From contig JAQGDQ010001475.1 in NCBI GenBank assembly GCA_030141605.1, positions 1-38,944 on the forward strand: 38,944 nucleotides of DNA, read 5' to 3'. Of the stretch, positions 24,949 through 36,875 are shown in pieces. Each line of letters begins with the position of its first letter. The stretch's first letter is position 1. The position numbers and the translations under genes were made by a program. The stretch comes from Tubiluchus corallicola. Taxonomy: Eukaryota > Animalia > Priapulida. A model generated the notes under the pieces. That model was given only the letters and a program-made list of their open reading frames with translations, ran no database searches and had not been told where the DNA came from.

Positions 24949-26253
24949 TTACTCGTTATTCGAGCCAGCGTTACTGACTAAAGATTCACGAGACGACCAT
25001 AACCGGTGACTGACTTGCGAATTATTTGATGCAAGTGGTCTAGCGTTCAATGTCACTGAAGATTTAGCATCATTGCCATTGCTCTGGCTTCTCTTATTGG
25101 CAGAAGTGTAAAAAGGCTTTACAAGTACACCTGCAGGCCACACTTCTGGCTTCATAATCTGATCTGATTCCTCGTTGCCGTAGCACGTTATCACAAATGA
25201 TGTATATGTATCATACCCAGTTTTCAGTTTCTCCACCTTAACATTAAAATCAACATTATCTAGAAGCAGTTGCTCGATGTTCTCCTCCGTCGTGCTGGGA
25301 TGCAAGCGAGTTGCAAAGATTCGTCTTACGGGCTTACTGGTTTTGATGAGCACATCTTTTCCCGTAGCTGTCCCTGTGATAGTGCGTTTAGAAGTACGAA
25401 GTTTTGCTGCTTTTTTCCGTTGTTTAGAGTAGTTCACAACAGTGAATCCGTCATCACTTATGCCGCTTGACTTAATGTCACCTCTTTGTACATCTTCCAC
25501 TGAGTTAGCCTGGCTCGTTTGCCCCACAGCTGCTGAATAGCTTTTTCCTTTTGGTCGTTCATTTTGATGAATTTCATTCCTGTTAGAATTACCAATGGCT
25601 TGTGAATCTGTTTTATGTGCCAGTAGTTGATTAAGCTCATTTCGCGAGACTGAATTAGACTTGAGTTCTTTCAGATCTTCTTGTACATTTTGTAACAGTT
25701 TCATTATAACTGTGATGTCAACAGATTTGAGTGACATAGGCGGAACGTTTTGCGAATACGCAGCCACAAATCTAGGCGCTGGTTTAGCATCCGTAATCGG
25801 ACCATACTGGAGCAACATCAGGATGTCATTCGATAAAGCCCGTCTTTTGGTAGGACCGATTCGATTTTTAAGAAAGTCCGGCCTGTCTTCAACGTCATCA
25901 GGTATAAGACCCACGAGCATCGTTTTTGCTTCTTCTAGGTTCTCGACTGAGTAGAAATCATGAATCACAATCTCTAGATCGCTGACTGGAACCCCCGCCT
26001 CAAGTTGATTTTGGGCAAAATAGTTCACCTCGTTATGTATAAGGTAATATTTTTCGTCATCGATTGAATTGGAAGATATATTGCTAACAGTATTTTGAGA
26101 TGGCAAGATATCATCATAGTTTGACTCGTCTGCAAGCCCACCAGGCTTTCTAGCAATAAAGCATTTTCTGCACAAAACCAGTTTCCCAAATTCTGCTCTT
26201 GGAACAGCGTCAGGATTCTTCCTTCTGCACAGCACGCAAGAGATCGGTGCCAT
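24949..26253 (-). CDS. LINE ORF1 protein (434 aa), intact
   Basis: Uninterrupted ORF directly upstream of ORF2; N-terminal CxxC-x18-CxxC, NEVNYF and FVA...VPP blocks, coiled-coil segment, C-terminal RRM-like block (IFATRLHPSTT...SFVI...WPAGVLVKPF) typical of invertebrate LINE ORF1. Confidence 0.85.
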   Translation of the reverse strand: MAPISCVLCRRKNPDAVPRAEFGKLVLCRKCFIARKPGGLADESNYDDILPSQNTVSNISSNSIDDEKYYLIHNEVNYFAQNQLEAGVPVSDLEIVIHDFYSVENLEEAKTMLVGLIPDDVEDRPDFLKNRIGPTKRRALSNDILMLLQYGPITDAKPAPRFVAAYSQNVPPMSLKSVDITVIMKLLQNVQEDLKELKSNSVSRNELNQLLAHKTDSQAIGNSNRNEIHQNERPKGKSYSAAVGQTSQANSVEDVQRGDIKSSGISDDGFTVVNYSKQRKKAAKLRTSKRTITGTATGKDVLIKTSKPVRRIFATRLHPSTTEENIEQLLLDNVDFNVKVEKLKTGYDTYTSFVITCYGNEESDQIMKPEVWPAGVLVKPFYTSANKRSQSNGNDAKSSVTLNARPLASNNSQVSHRLWSSRESLVSNAGSNNE

Positions 26254-26604
26254 TGTAGGTTGACGGGCAACTAATTACCCTTTACGATTACCTGCACTGG
26301 CCAGCTCGTTTAGTTGTCCTTTTGTTGCGTCTATTGTGCTTTAATTACCTGGACAGCAAGAATGTCTGCACAAGAGCAACTTTCGCCACAAAAAATTAAT
26401 ATTGCTCAAACGTTTTTCACAGATTTCAGGTTTATTAATAGACAAACATGTTATTTGATCTTTTAACGATATTCACCATATTATCACTCACTCACTCATA
26501 TAGCTTTCAATGATGTACCAGTGCTCAGTTCAGTATAAAACGATGAAAACTTGGAGCACTAATATCACGTGTCGTACAAGATACGTGTCGTCACTGAGAG
26601 AGAC

Positions 26605-26655
26605 AGACTGACTGACTGACTGACTGACTGACTGACTGATTGACTGACTGACTGA
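26605..26655. repeat. (GACT)n between the full-length LINE 5' end and the truncated copy
   Basis: Directly visible. Confidence 0.9.
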
Positions 26656-26660
26656 ATTGA

Positions 26661-26863
26661 TAGATTTAATATTTTATTTCAAACTTTACAAAGTTCATAT
26701 ACACATCACAAATTAATACAAATAATACAATAAATCACGACACACAACAATAACACAAATAACAATTAACTATATAACAAACTACGCCAATGACATATAA
26801 TTACAGAAGAAAAGTTTGCATCACTGTTTAAAATGTTCTTGCATATAAAATTTTCACTCTTAT
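26661..26863 (-). mobile_element. 5'-truncated copy (last ~200 bp) of the same LINE family
   Basis: Collinear with 21960-22163 (TAGATTTAATATTTTATTTCAAACTTT...AAAATTTTCACTCTTATT) with scattered substitutions. Confidence 0.92.
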
Positions 26864-26881
26864 TCACAACCTTCACTCTTC

Positions 26882-27035
26882 ACTGACTGACTGACTGACT
26901 GACTAACTGACTGACTGACTGACTAACTTACTGACTGAGTGACTGACTGACTGAATGACGACTGACTAACTGAATGACTGACTGACATACAGACAGATAG
27001 AAAAATACAGACAGACAGATAGACAGACAAACAAA
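26882..27035. repeat. (GACT)n/(GACA)n microsatellite
   Basis: Directly visible. Confidence 0.9.
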
Positions 27036-27621
27036 CAAATTAAACAATTTAGACGAACACATCTTCAAGGTAAAATTAACTTCACAAAAACACTTAGCAA
27101 AGCTGTTTATTATATTGGCACCAAAAGTTCTGCTTATGTAAGACATGATAAGCTTCTCAAGTTAATAATTTTTTCATGCCGTCTGTTACTTATGAATGAG
27201 GCGAGTCATTAAGCCTGTCATCCTGCTTCCTTGGAGTCTTGCAACGTCAAGCTAATGAAGCCAGGTGGTGATATTGTGAACAAACAATCAATTTAGCCGC
27301 TGATTCGGTGAATTCATACAACATTATTATGAGGGCACGATTTGACATGACTGACAGTAAACTCTATTAATTTGGTGACATTTTACTAATTCAGAGTTTA
27401 GGTGGCGCCACAATTGTTCCCATCACTAGAGCAAGAATTTGCGAATATAATAATTTTTGTGTGAATTTAAAAATTGAATTAAACATTTTCAAAAAGATGC
27501 TGTTTTGAAAGTGAAGCTATTCGGTTGTACTTCTTTAAACATTAGCAAACTGGCTCAAACAGGTGACTAACTTAGTTACTTGTATATTTGATATGTAGTT
27601 GCTGTACGTAAAGACGCCCAG

Positions 27622-28641
27622 ACGTTTATTGGTTGTGTATTAATACGTTTAATACAGCTTAATACGTTTATTGGTTGTGTATTAATACGTTTAATACAGC
27701 TGAATACGTTTATTGATCGTGTATTAATACGTTTAATACAGCTGAATACGTTTATTGATCGTGTATTAATACGTTTAATACAGCTGAATACGTTTATTGA
27801 TCGTGTATTAATACGTTTAATACAGCTGAATACGTTTATTGATCGTGTATTAATACGTTTAGTACAGCTGAATACGTTTATTGATCGTGTATTAATACGT
27901 TTAATACAGCTTAATACGTTTATTGATCGTGTATTAATACGTTTAATACAGCTTAATACGTTTATTGATCGTGTATTAATACGTTTAATACAGCTTAATA
28001 CGTTTATTGATCGTGTATTAATACGTTTAATACAGCTGAATACGTTTATTGATCGTGTATTAATACGTTTAGTACAGCTGAATACGTTTATTGATCGCGT
28101 ATTAATACGTTTAATACAGCTTAATACGTTTATTGATCGTGTATTAATGCGTTTAATACAGCTGAATACGTTTATTGATCGTGTATTAATACGTTTAATA
28201 CAGCTTAATACGTTTATTGATCGTGTATTAATACGTTTAATACAGCTTAATACGTTTATTGATCGTGTATTAATGCGTTTAATACAGCTGAATACGTTTA
28301 TTGATCGTGTATTAATACGTTTAATACAGCTGAATACGTTTATTGATCGTGTATTAATACGTTTAATACAGATTAATATGTTTATTGATTGTATATTTAT
28401 GCGTTTAATGCAGATTAATACGTTTATTAATTATCTGTTAAATACGCTTAATACAGAATAACACGTTTATTGATTGTATATTTATGCGTTTAATGCAGCT
28501 TAATGCCTTTATTGATTGTATATTTATGCGTTTAATGCAGATTCATACGTTTATTGATTGTGTATTAATACGTTTAATACAGAATAACTCGTTTATTGAT
28601 TGTATATTTATGCATTTAATGCAGATTCATACGTTTATTGA
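27622..28641. repeat. 42-bp satellite array 2, same unit and orientation as array 1, degenerating after about 28380
   Basis: Same unit as 19817-20820, including shared variants (TTAGTACAG, TAATGCG, CAGCTT/CAGCTG). Confidence 0.95.
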
Positions 28642-28752
28642 TTCAATGACTGCGTTGTTATTGATTGATGAAATGGTTATATGACGTTGAAGTGTGTTCT
28701 GTTTCATAATTACTGCTTAAAACTGAAGCTAATCTCAAGTTGTTTCTAGGTA

Positions 28753-29398
28753 TAGTCAACCTCTGATATCGTCCCTTACATCCGAAGTTGAGTCAGACCC
28801 GAGGGTGTATCTAGACCTGAACTTTTCTGTACTTTTACCCATATTTTTATGGATTATTGCTACACATTCAGTGAAAACGGTATGCAGGAAGCTCCTTCAG
28901 TGATGTGAGATGTATGTGACCGCGGAAACCGAGCTGTTCGAAGGCCGAGTTTGCGAAAAATTGAGATTGAAAATCGATCAATTTCGCTTTGATCATAGGG
29001 TCCCTTATATGCAAGGTAATTTACCTGGGTTTTTATTAAGCGGGACCTGAAAATATCATCCCTTATAACCAAAAGTCCTTTATATCCGAGTGCCTTATAT
29101 ACGAAGATTTTTACTTAGAAAATCGTTACGAAAAATCGGGACCGGTGTTAGTGGTCCCTTATAAGCGAGTACCTTATAAGCAAGTACCTTATATACGAAG
29201 ATTTTTACATAGGAAATCGTTACGAAAAATCGGGACCGGTGTTGGTGGTCCCTTATAATCGAGTACCTTATAAGCAAGTATCTTATATACGAAGATTTTT
29301 ACATAGGAAAAGCGTTACGAAAAATCGGGACTGGTGTTGGTGGTCCCTTATAAGCGAGTGTCCCTTATAAGCAAGTACTTTTTACCCCAGGTTGACTG
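28753..29398. mobile_element. Tigger/pogo-type MITE with three 94-bp subterminal tandem repeats
   Basis: TA|TAGTCAACCT...AGGTTGACTG|TA; CCTTATA motifs; ACGAAGATTTTT at 29101, 29195, 29289. Confidence 0.8.
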
Positions 29399-29839
29399 TA
29401 ATAAGACAGCGCACTGGTTAGTATAATCTTCTATGCCTGGCTAGTTAAGATTTATGTCAAATACTTTGCTGATTTTACTATTGAATAATTCATGCCTGAA
29501 CTTGATTATATAAAATCACGTTATGGACGTGATTGTAAATTATTCCAGGGAAAAGTTGATTCAGCATCTGGTGAAAGTATGGCGTCTCCTCCGGGCTGTG
29601 TTTTCAAAAATCCACACAATCTGGTTTTTTAAATGTTTAGCAAGTTTATGTGGCAGTAAAAGTATTAAATGAACGCATAAACTTTACAGTAATTTATTAG
29701 CTGCAGGGCGCACAGGAAACCTAACTAAACAGTTATTAAATATAACGGAATTTCAAACTTCAACGTCGAAATTTGCCACACAATTTTACAAGAATTTTTT
29801 GCATAGCGAAAAACTAACTTTTCCTTTCTGTAGTGAACG

Positions 29840-30349
29840 CACTTCGGCTTCGCTCATTGGCTGCCTGTGAAAGGTGGCCGAACGCGTCACCCCGTTGCTA
29901 AGCAACCTGGTAAATCAGCGGCGGAATTCTGGGGCATAGAAATGAAGCTTGAACGTAGCTTTGCTGCGATGTAGCATTGAACTTTCGGCACCGCTGGACG
30001 AAGTTTAAGTTTTGACTACCGGAGCGACGCTGTTACTGTAATATTTTTGTTGTTTTTATTGACTGTTTTCCAACAAAGTAAAGTTATTTATGCGTCTCTG
30101 CGGTTCAGTTTTACTAGTTTAACGTCTGCTTGGGAGAGAAACTCAGGGCAATTCCCGAGTGCTTCACTACTTAGCGGTATCTAACAGGGTTCTTTGACTT
30201 TCGTGATCATTATTAGAGTTTGACTTTCTAACCAAAACATCAAAGTCGGGAGTTTTGAGGCGAAACGGTGAAAATTCGGAATCATGTTATAAGCAGCTTC
30301 AATCAGATGATCCACAGATAATCTCAGTTAAGTCGAGTGATAGGTAAGT
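29840..30349 (+). promoter_or_regulatory. Candidate promoter and non-coding first exon with RFX X-box and CCAAT box
   Basis: Locally CpG-rich; ATTGG near 29856; palindrome GTTGCTAAGCAAC at 29894-29906; consensus donor AG|GTAAGT at 30343/30344; no ATG-initiated ORF reaches the donor. Confidence 0.4.
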
Positions 30350-32420
30350 TGAGATTTTTGTTATTGTGAGTTAGGAAAAGTTTGATACGTTGAAATTTTG
30401 TATTGCCGAATTAATAACATACAGTTATTGTCAAATTTTTTTTAACTCTGATCGCTACTGTAAATTTTCACTGAGAAATTACGCAGGACAAATAATTGGC
30501 CTAGCAGAATGGATAGATGGATGGATTATACCACTTTATTATAAAATAATTATTATTTCATTTAATTTCACTGACTTTCCAGACTTCGATTCAAAAAAGT
30601 CGCGTTTTTAACTAATAATAACACAGACTTGTTAAAGTGCATCTGATACTAATTACACAGACTCAACTTTCATCTAGCCCAGCCCCTGACTCCATAAAAC
30701 GATTAAAATGTAAAATTTAAAAAATTATGTAATGTAATACGTGTTATGTTTGTTCTGTAATGTCAAATATATAAATAGTGTAAATGTAATGAGTGAAATT
30801 TATGTAATGTAAAGCATGTTTCTGTTAATTGTGTCATGTTAAATGTATATACAGAGTAAAATATGTCATGTAAAATTTAATGTACTTTTGTAATATTGTT
30901 TTGTAAAAATATTTTAATATTGTGTTTGTAAATATGTTCATTTATTGTATATAATTAGGCCTTAGTTTTGCACTTTAGTTTTTTTTAGTATGCACTGGAC
31001 GCATTTGTCTTGAACAGTGTGGTTATTTTAACATTACGCTGAGGCTTACTCAATTTTATTATAATGAGTGAACCATTTTGATTGCAAATAAAGAATTAAT
31101 GTATATAAATATAAATATATATACAAAAAATTATATTTCTTAAAGGCTTCAAATGATCATTAATTTCATTTCATACAAGGGTACGTCTGGGACCCAATTT
31201 ATTTACTTGTCACTCGCTGCTATTGTGTGACATTGGGAGCTATTATGTAGTGACAGTGAATTAGTGCAGAAGCCATGCACCACTGATTCTTAGATTAGTT
31301 CAATTACTTTCCCAATGTGCTGAAACCACTGCTCTCACTTTCTGTTAAAAAAACCCATTATTGTTGGAAGCCATCCGCTGGGAGGTTTATGAAGTTAATT
31401 AGAGATTCATTTCTGTTGTTTGTGGTCAAGCAGGATCTGGTGACAAAGGCAGACATTAACGTACTTTATTATCGGGAAGTTGAGCTTATTCTAATATTTG
31501 AGAAAATGTTAGACAGTTTCAGCAAGCGACTGCAATAGTATTAGAAGCAAGTGCATTGCAAAATTGAGGTTTCACAGCATGATATTACATTACATTAGCT
31601 TTTGGCTGTGAAAGTAACGAGTTTATAGATTTTAAATCGTTTTCAAGATATGACTTTTGTACTTTATGCAATTAAAAGTCGGAACAATGTCAGCTAATCA
31701 CCAGTTACACACCAACTAAAGGCAAAAATTGTTCAGTTCTAGAATTAAGTTACCCCTAAACGCAAAAGCAAAGTTTCTTGGGAAGATGAGTTTATTCTAA
31801 TATTTGAGAAAAATTTTAAAACGTTTCAGCAATGAAATTGTGATAAGCGCCTCGTGTAATTAATAATTGCAATTTAAAATCGTTATCACTTCAGAGTTGG
31901 GCGCTCTCATTTTGGTGAAAAATGGCGTCATCAGGTTACCGTGCGATATGAACAGTTATTCTGCCAAGTGCTTCAACAATCTTTTTTTGACTTATTGAGC
32001 GAACTCTATAAACTAAGTAACCCACCTGGTACCTACTGTATGCTCGCAAAGTTACATAAGTACCTGAAAGTCACCAAAAGTGTGTAAATTAATTACATTT
32101 GCACAATTAATGTATACTATTTACACATTTTACTGTATAATCCTGTGGTTTAAACTTATGTAACCACTTTAATCTTATTCATAATTGATCAAATGACTAA
32201 TTTCTAGATAAACACAGTTAAATACGACGCTAGAATAACTGAACTTCTAAGCAAACTGTAGAAATTTCTCAATGCGTACCTTAATCACAGCTTGCCTTCA
32301 CAGCATTCACCCTGCCCAGCAGACACCAGCTTACGTCATTTTTTTTCATATATGCGGGCATCAACGTTCGTTTGGCGGAAGATAAAAAATATTTAAATTT
32401 CTTTTACATTTTTATGCAAA

Positions 32421-32934
32421 GCATTCTATGCGCGTATCTTGTGTGGTGATTTCAATATTTTTAATTGTACATTAAAATGCAATAAATGTTGTTCGAGGGT
32501 TGGTTGTTCCTTTAAGACTAGTCGTGTGTTCAGGTAAAATGTATTAGATTATAATATTTGACATTAATTATATATTGGAAACAGGCAGTACATGAACCAT
32601 TTCTTACAAAAAAACGTACGTTATTAGATTAGCAACATCCATTCATGTTTATCAAAAGGAAAACCATTTCATTATGCCTACCTCGAGATTTGAACCGTAA
32701 GCTTTTGTATAGTCGAAAACCCATAAAACATTTTGCGATTTCACGGATGGGTCGGGAGTCTTTACGTTTGGTGGATGCCAGTGGGGGGGGGGGGGGGGGT
32801 AGGGGGTTGTTTAGATTTTTGCTCCAGGTTCTTAGCAATGTATTCTATGCGCATATACTGTGTGGTGATTTCAATATTTCTAATCGTATATTAAAATGCA
32901 ATAAATGCTGTTCGAGAGATGATTCTTCCTTTAA
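32421..32934. repeat. Two ~95-bp direct repeats (32421-32515, 32840-32934) ending CCTTTAA, possibly Kolobok-type transposon ends
   Basis: ATTCTATGCGC...TGTGTGGTGATTTCAATATTT...TTAAAATGCAATAAATG...TTCCTTTAA twice; opposite ends not found. Confidence 0.5.
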
Positions 32935-33003
32935 CGTATTTTGAAATCATTCACTGCAGGTTACGCATAAGTATTACGTTAATAAATTATTCCGAATTAT
33001 GAG

Positions 33004-33381
33004 TAGGGGTGAGCATCGAACGTTCGAGTTCAGACGTTCGAATCGAGCTTTTTAAGTTCGAATTCGGTTCGAACCTAAAATGATACATTCGAATATTCGG
33101 CACTTCAGCCACACACGTTCTTTATCATTAAAATGTTCGAAGCAGCATGCAATTAGCAAAATTTAGCTGCAGTTTCTGTGCAAAATTTTTAACAAACTAA
33201 TAGTGGTTTTACTGCAGAACAAGTAATATGCATGATCTTTGTAAGACCACTTTTTACTAGTGCTTCGAAAACTTGTTCGAAAATCTTTAAAACTCAATTC
33301 GAATTCGTTTCGGAATCGAAATACTGAAATTCGATGCGATTCGAATTCGAAAGTCACAAATTCGATACGATTCGAATTCGC
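33004..33381 (+). mobile_element. Probable truncated hAT-like element end rich in TTCGAA/ATTCGA motifs
   Basis: Starts TAGGGGTGAGCA, followed by two dense clusters of TTCGA motifs; no right TIR seen. Confidence 0.35.
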
Positions 33382-33714
33382 TTTCTGGTAAAGAATGATG
33401 ACCCATATTTGTGAGACTTAAAGAAAATTCAATTACAAGCTCTTTGTTGAATGTTATAACATGTAAATTTAATGACAAATTCCACCATTGGTTTTATTTT
33501 GGTTTATTATTGTTTTCTTAGGTAGATTTTGACTCGTGTTGTGTTCAAGCAGACAGAAAGTTGCAGGAAAAAATAAAAAAATAAATGAATAAAACTGAAC
33601 TGAACTGAACTGTAGCATATGGCATAAACTATGAAACAGAATACCTATATATGTATGTTTAATACATACAATACATATATACCTATATTGTGTATATATA
33701 AAATTACTTACCAT

Positions 33715-33832
33715 ACATAAACCAAGTATTTATATACGTATGTATTATATACATATATTACGTATATACATATATACGTATATTACATACGTATGTACGT
33801 ATCTATTATATACATATTATACCTAGAGTACG

Positions 33833-33871
<39 letters not shown>

Positions 33872-34185
33872 TATATAAAACTAAGTATTTATATACGTAT
33901 GTATTATTTACATATATTACGTATATATATATACGTATATTACATATGTATGTAAGTATATTACGTATATTACATACGTATGTAAGTATCTATTATATAC
34001 ATATTATACCTAGAGTACGTATATATATATGCATATATAAAACTAAGTATTTATATACGTATGTATTATTTACATATATTACGTATATATACGTATATTA
34101 CATACGTATGTAAGTATCTATTATATACATATTATATATACATATTATACCTATCATACATACATATATATATATGTATATATAG
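33715..34185. repeat. AT-rich minisatellite, about 3 copies of a ~160-bp TATA/TACG unit
   Basis: AAGTATTTATATACGTATGTATTAT recurs three times. Confidence 0.85.
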
Positions 34186-34612
34186 AATTGCTTACTATAT
34201 GTAAACTAAGTATTTCTCGTTACAAATATTAGTGATTTTCTAATTTCCTCAATATTAATTTTAATTTCTGTGTCACTGTAGAAATATAGACTTGGAGGAC
34301 GTGACAGTAGTTTATTGCACAAAAATCCGTTAGTCTAATGATGGGATTTCTCGTGTTTAATTTTTTTTTTCAAATTGTCCGTACGGGGTCGCTGACCGAA
34401 TTCGGTGTTTCGTTTTTCACAGAAAAAATGTTTTTCATCGCCTAAATTTTCATAACAATTATGTTGATTTAGTCATGGCGATGCGGTTGAGCAAGTTTTT
34501 CATCAGCTTCCGAAGGGCGTGTGAAAAACTTGTGAATATTAGCTGCTGTGATCACTATGAATTATTACAGTTTGATGCCTCTTCTCCCTGTCATATTTTA
34601 CCGTCCTCTGCT

Positions 34613-34615
<3 letters not shown>

Positions 34616-34701
<86 letters not shown>

Positions 34702-34890
34702 CCTCTCTCTCTCTCTCTCTCTCTCTTTTTCTCTCTCCCTTCTCTCTCTTTCTCTTCTTTCTCCCCCCTCTCTCTCATCTCTCTCTCTCTCCTCTCTCTC
34801 TCTCTCGCTCTCTTCTCTCTCACTCTCTCCCTTTCTTTCTTTCTTCTCTCTCACTCACTCTCTCTCTGTGTCTCTTTCTCTCTCTCTCTT

Positions 34891-34984
<94 letters not shown>

Positions 34985-35165
34985 CTCTCTCTCTCTCTCT
35001 CTCTCTCCTCTCTCCCTTCTCTCTCTTTCTCTTCTTTGCCTCTCTCTTTCTTTTTCTCTCTCTTCTCTCTCTCTCTCTCTTTTTCTCTTTTCTCTTGTTC
35101 TCTCTCTCTTTCTCTCTTCTCTCTCTCTCTTTTTCTCTTTTCTCTTGTTCTCTCTCTCTTTCTCT

Positions 35166-35196
<31 letters not shown>

Positions 35197-35249
35197 CTCT
35201 CTTCTTTCTCTCACTCTCTCCCTTTCTTTCTTTCTTCTCTCTCTCCCCC

Positions 35250-35301
<52 letters not shown>

Positions 35302-35349
35302 CTCTCTTCTTTCTCTCACTCTCTCCCTTTCTTTCTTTCTTCTCTCTCT

Positions 35350-35401
<52 letters not shown>

Positions 35402-35402
35402 G

Positions 35403-35437
<35 letters not shown>
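34616..35437. repeat. (CT)n/(GA)n microsatellite
   Basis: Directly visible. Confidence 0.97.
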
Positions 35438-35439
<2 letters not shown>

Positions 35440-35788
35440 CAATGCAATCAACCAAACAACAAAAACCACCCACACACGCTAACCAACCAACGAGCTAGCT
35501 CACCATTCAACCAACTAACTAACCAACCAACCCAGTATCCATCCCACTAGCCTACCGACCAACTAACAAATCAACGACCGAGATACCAACAAAGGGACCA
35601 ACTTACCAACTATCCAGGCACATAGTTTAATATTATTATTGCAAAAGCACTATTGTTCAATTACCCTTTATCCATAGCTCATTGTTCGTTTTATACATAT
35701 ATAATGAATGGTATAAAGTTTATTACAAGAAGCTAAAACAACACAAAGCTAAATAGATCTCTGTTTAATAATGCAGAGTTGCTCTTAC

Positions 35789-35879
35789 GTTCGCGTAGAT
35801 ATGCAACACCACACACGCATAGTGGAATCAACAATACGTTAATCAATTCGATTCCAGTAATTGTTGACAGTATAACCAT
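35789..35879 (-). CDS. Candidate first coding exon (signal peptide or TM segment), possibly of the SUEL gene
   Basis: GAAATGG start context with in-frame TAA upstream (35897-35895); MVILSTITGIELINVLLIPLCVCGVAYLRE; phase-1 donor C|GTAAGA, compatible with acceptors at 9322 and 7177. The link across ~26 kb is inference only. Confidence 0.4.
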
Positions 35880-36082
35880 TTCCGGTTCCGGTTTTTACAG
35901 CAGCTTGGCATTTTCTTTGAAGAGAGGCTTGCCGAGTTTTGCTGGTTTTTAATCAGGAATAATATTTTTGCCTATTTTTAATCAGATAGAGTGGTACTGC
36001 ACTCTGTTCTGCTTTCACTTTGTCAGACTAAATGACACCGCTGGTCTTGTGTTAACACTGTTAGATCTGCGCAACAATAACC

Positions 36083-36875
36083 AATTGCTAAAATGATCAG
36101 AAACTAACGAGTAAGTAAGTACGTAAATAAGTGAGTAAGTGAGTGAGTTGAATGAGCGAGTGAGTGAGTCAGTCGGTCAGTCAGTCAGTCAGTCAGTCAG
36201 TCAATCAGCCAGTCAGTCAATTGCTAAAATTATCAGAAACTAACGAGTAAGTAAGTACGTAAATAAGTGAATAAGTGAGTGAGTTGAATGAGCGAGTGAG
36301 TGAGTGAGTGAGTCAGTCAGTCAGTCAGTCAGTCAATCAGCCTGTCAACCGATAGCTAAAATTATTATAAAATTAAATTATCAGAAACCAATGAGTAAGC
36401 AAGTACGTAAATAAGTGAGTGAGTGAGCGAGTGAGTGAGTGAGCGAGTGAGTGAGTGAGTGAGTCAGTCAGTCAGTCAACCAGTCTGTCAACTAATTGCT
36501 AAAATTATTATTAAATTATCAGAAACTAATGAGTAAGCAAGTACGTAAATAAGTGAGTGAGTGAGCGAGTGAGTGAGTGAGTCAGTCAGTCAACCAGTCT
36601 GTCAACTAATTGCTAAAATTATTATTAAATTATCAGAAACTAATGAGTAAGCAAGTAAGTAAATAAGTGAGTGAGTGAGTGAGTGAGTGAGTGACTGAGT
36701 GAGTGAGTGGTTGGGTGAGTGAGTTGAATGAGTGAGTGAGTGAGTGAGTGAGTGAGTTGACTGAGTGAGTGAGTTGAATGAGTGAGTGAGTGAGTGAGTG
36801 AGTGAGTGAGTGAGTGAGAGAGTGAGTGAGTGAGTGAGTGAGTGAGTGAGTGAGTAAGCAAGCAAGCAAGCATGC
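36083..36875. repeat. Compound repeat: five units of TTGCTAAAATT...ATCAGAAACTAA + (GAGT)n(CAGT)n, then long (GAGT)n
   Basis: Unit heads near 36083, 36219, 36352, 36494, 36608. Confidence 0.9.

Larger units (their letters stand above)
21954..26600 (-). mobile_element. Full-length non-LTR retrotransposon (about 4.65 kb; ORF1 + APE-RT ORF2; most like Proto2/RTE-group elements, clade unconfirmed)
   Basis: About 350-bp 5' UTR, ORF1, 7-nt spacer, ORF2, about 110-bp 3' UTR with AATAAA and A7, flanked both sides by (GACT)n. Confidence 0.92.

Noticed and set aside
19817-28641. CRISPR-like interpretation of the regular repeats near an RT
   Set aside because: Units are contiguous with no unique spacers, there are no cas genes, and the context is eukaryotic.
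31473-31832. About 50-bp direct repeat GGGAAG(T/A)TGAG..TATTCTAATATTTGAGAAAA...TTTCAGCAA near 31473 and 31780
   Set aside because: Real but short and diverged; no termini or TSD to assign it to an element.
32645-32944. ORF containing ILCGDFN, resembling the APE endonuclease motif
   Set aside because: No other APE motifs; the motif lies in a non-coding ~95-bp repeat next to a poly-G run.
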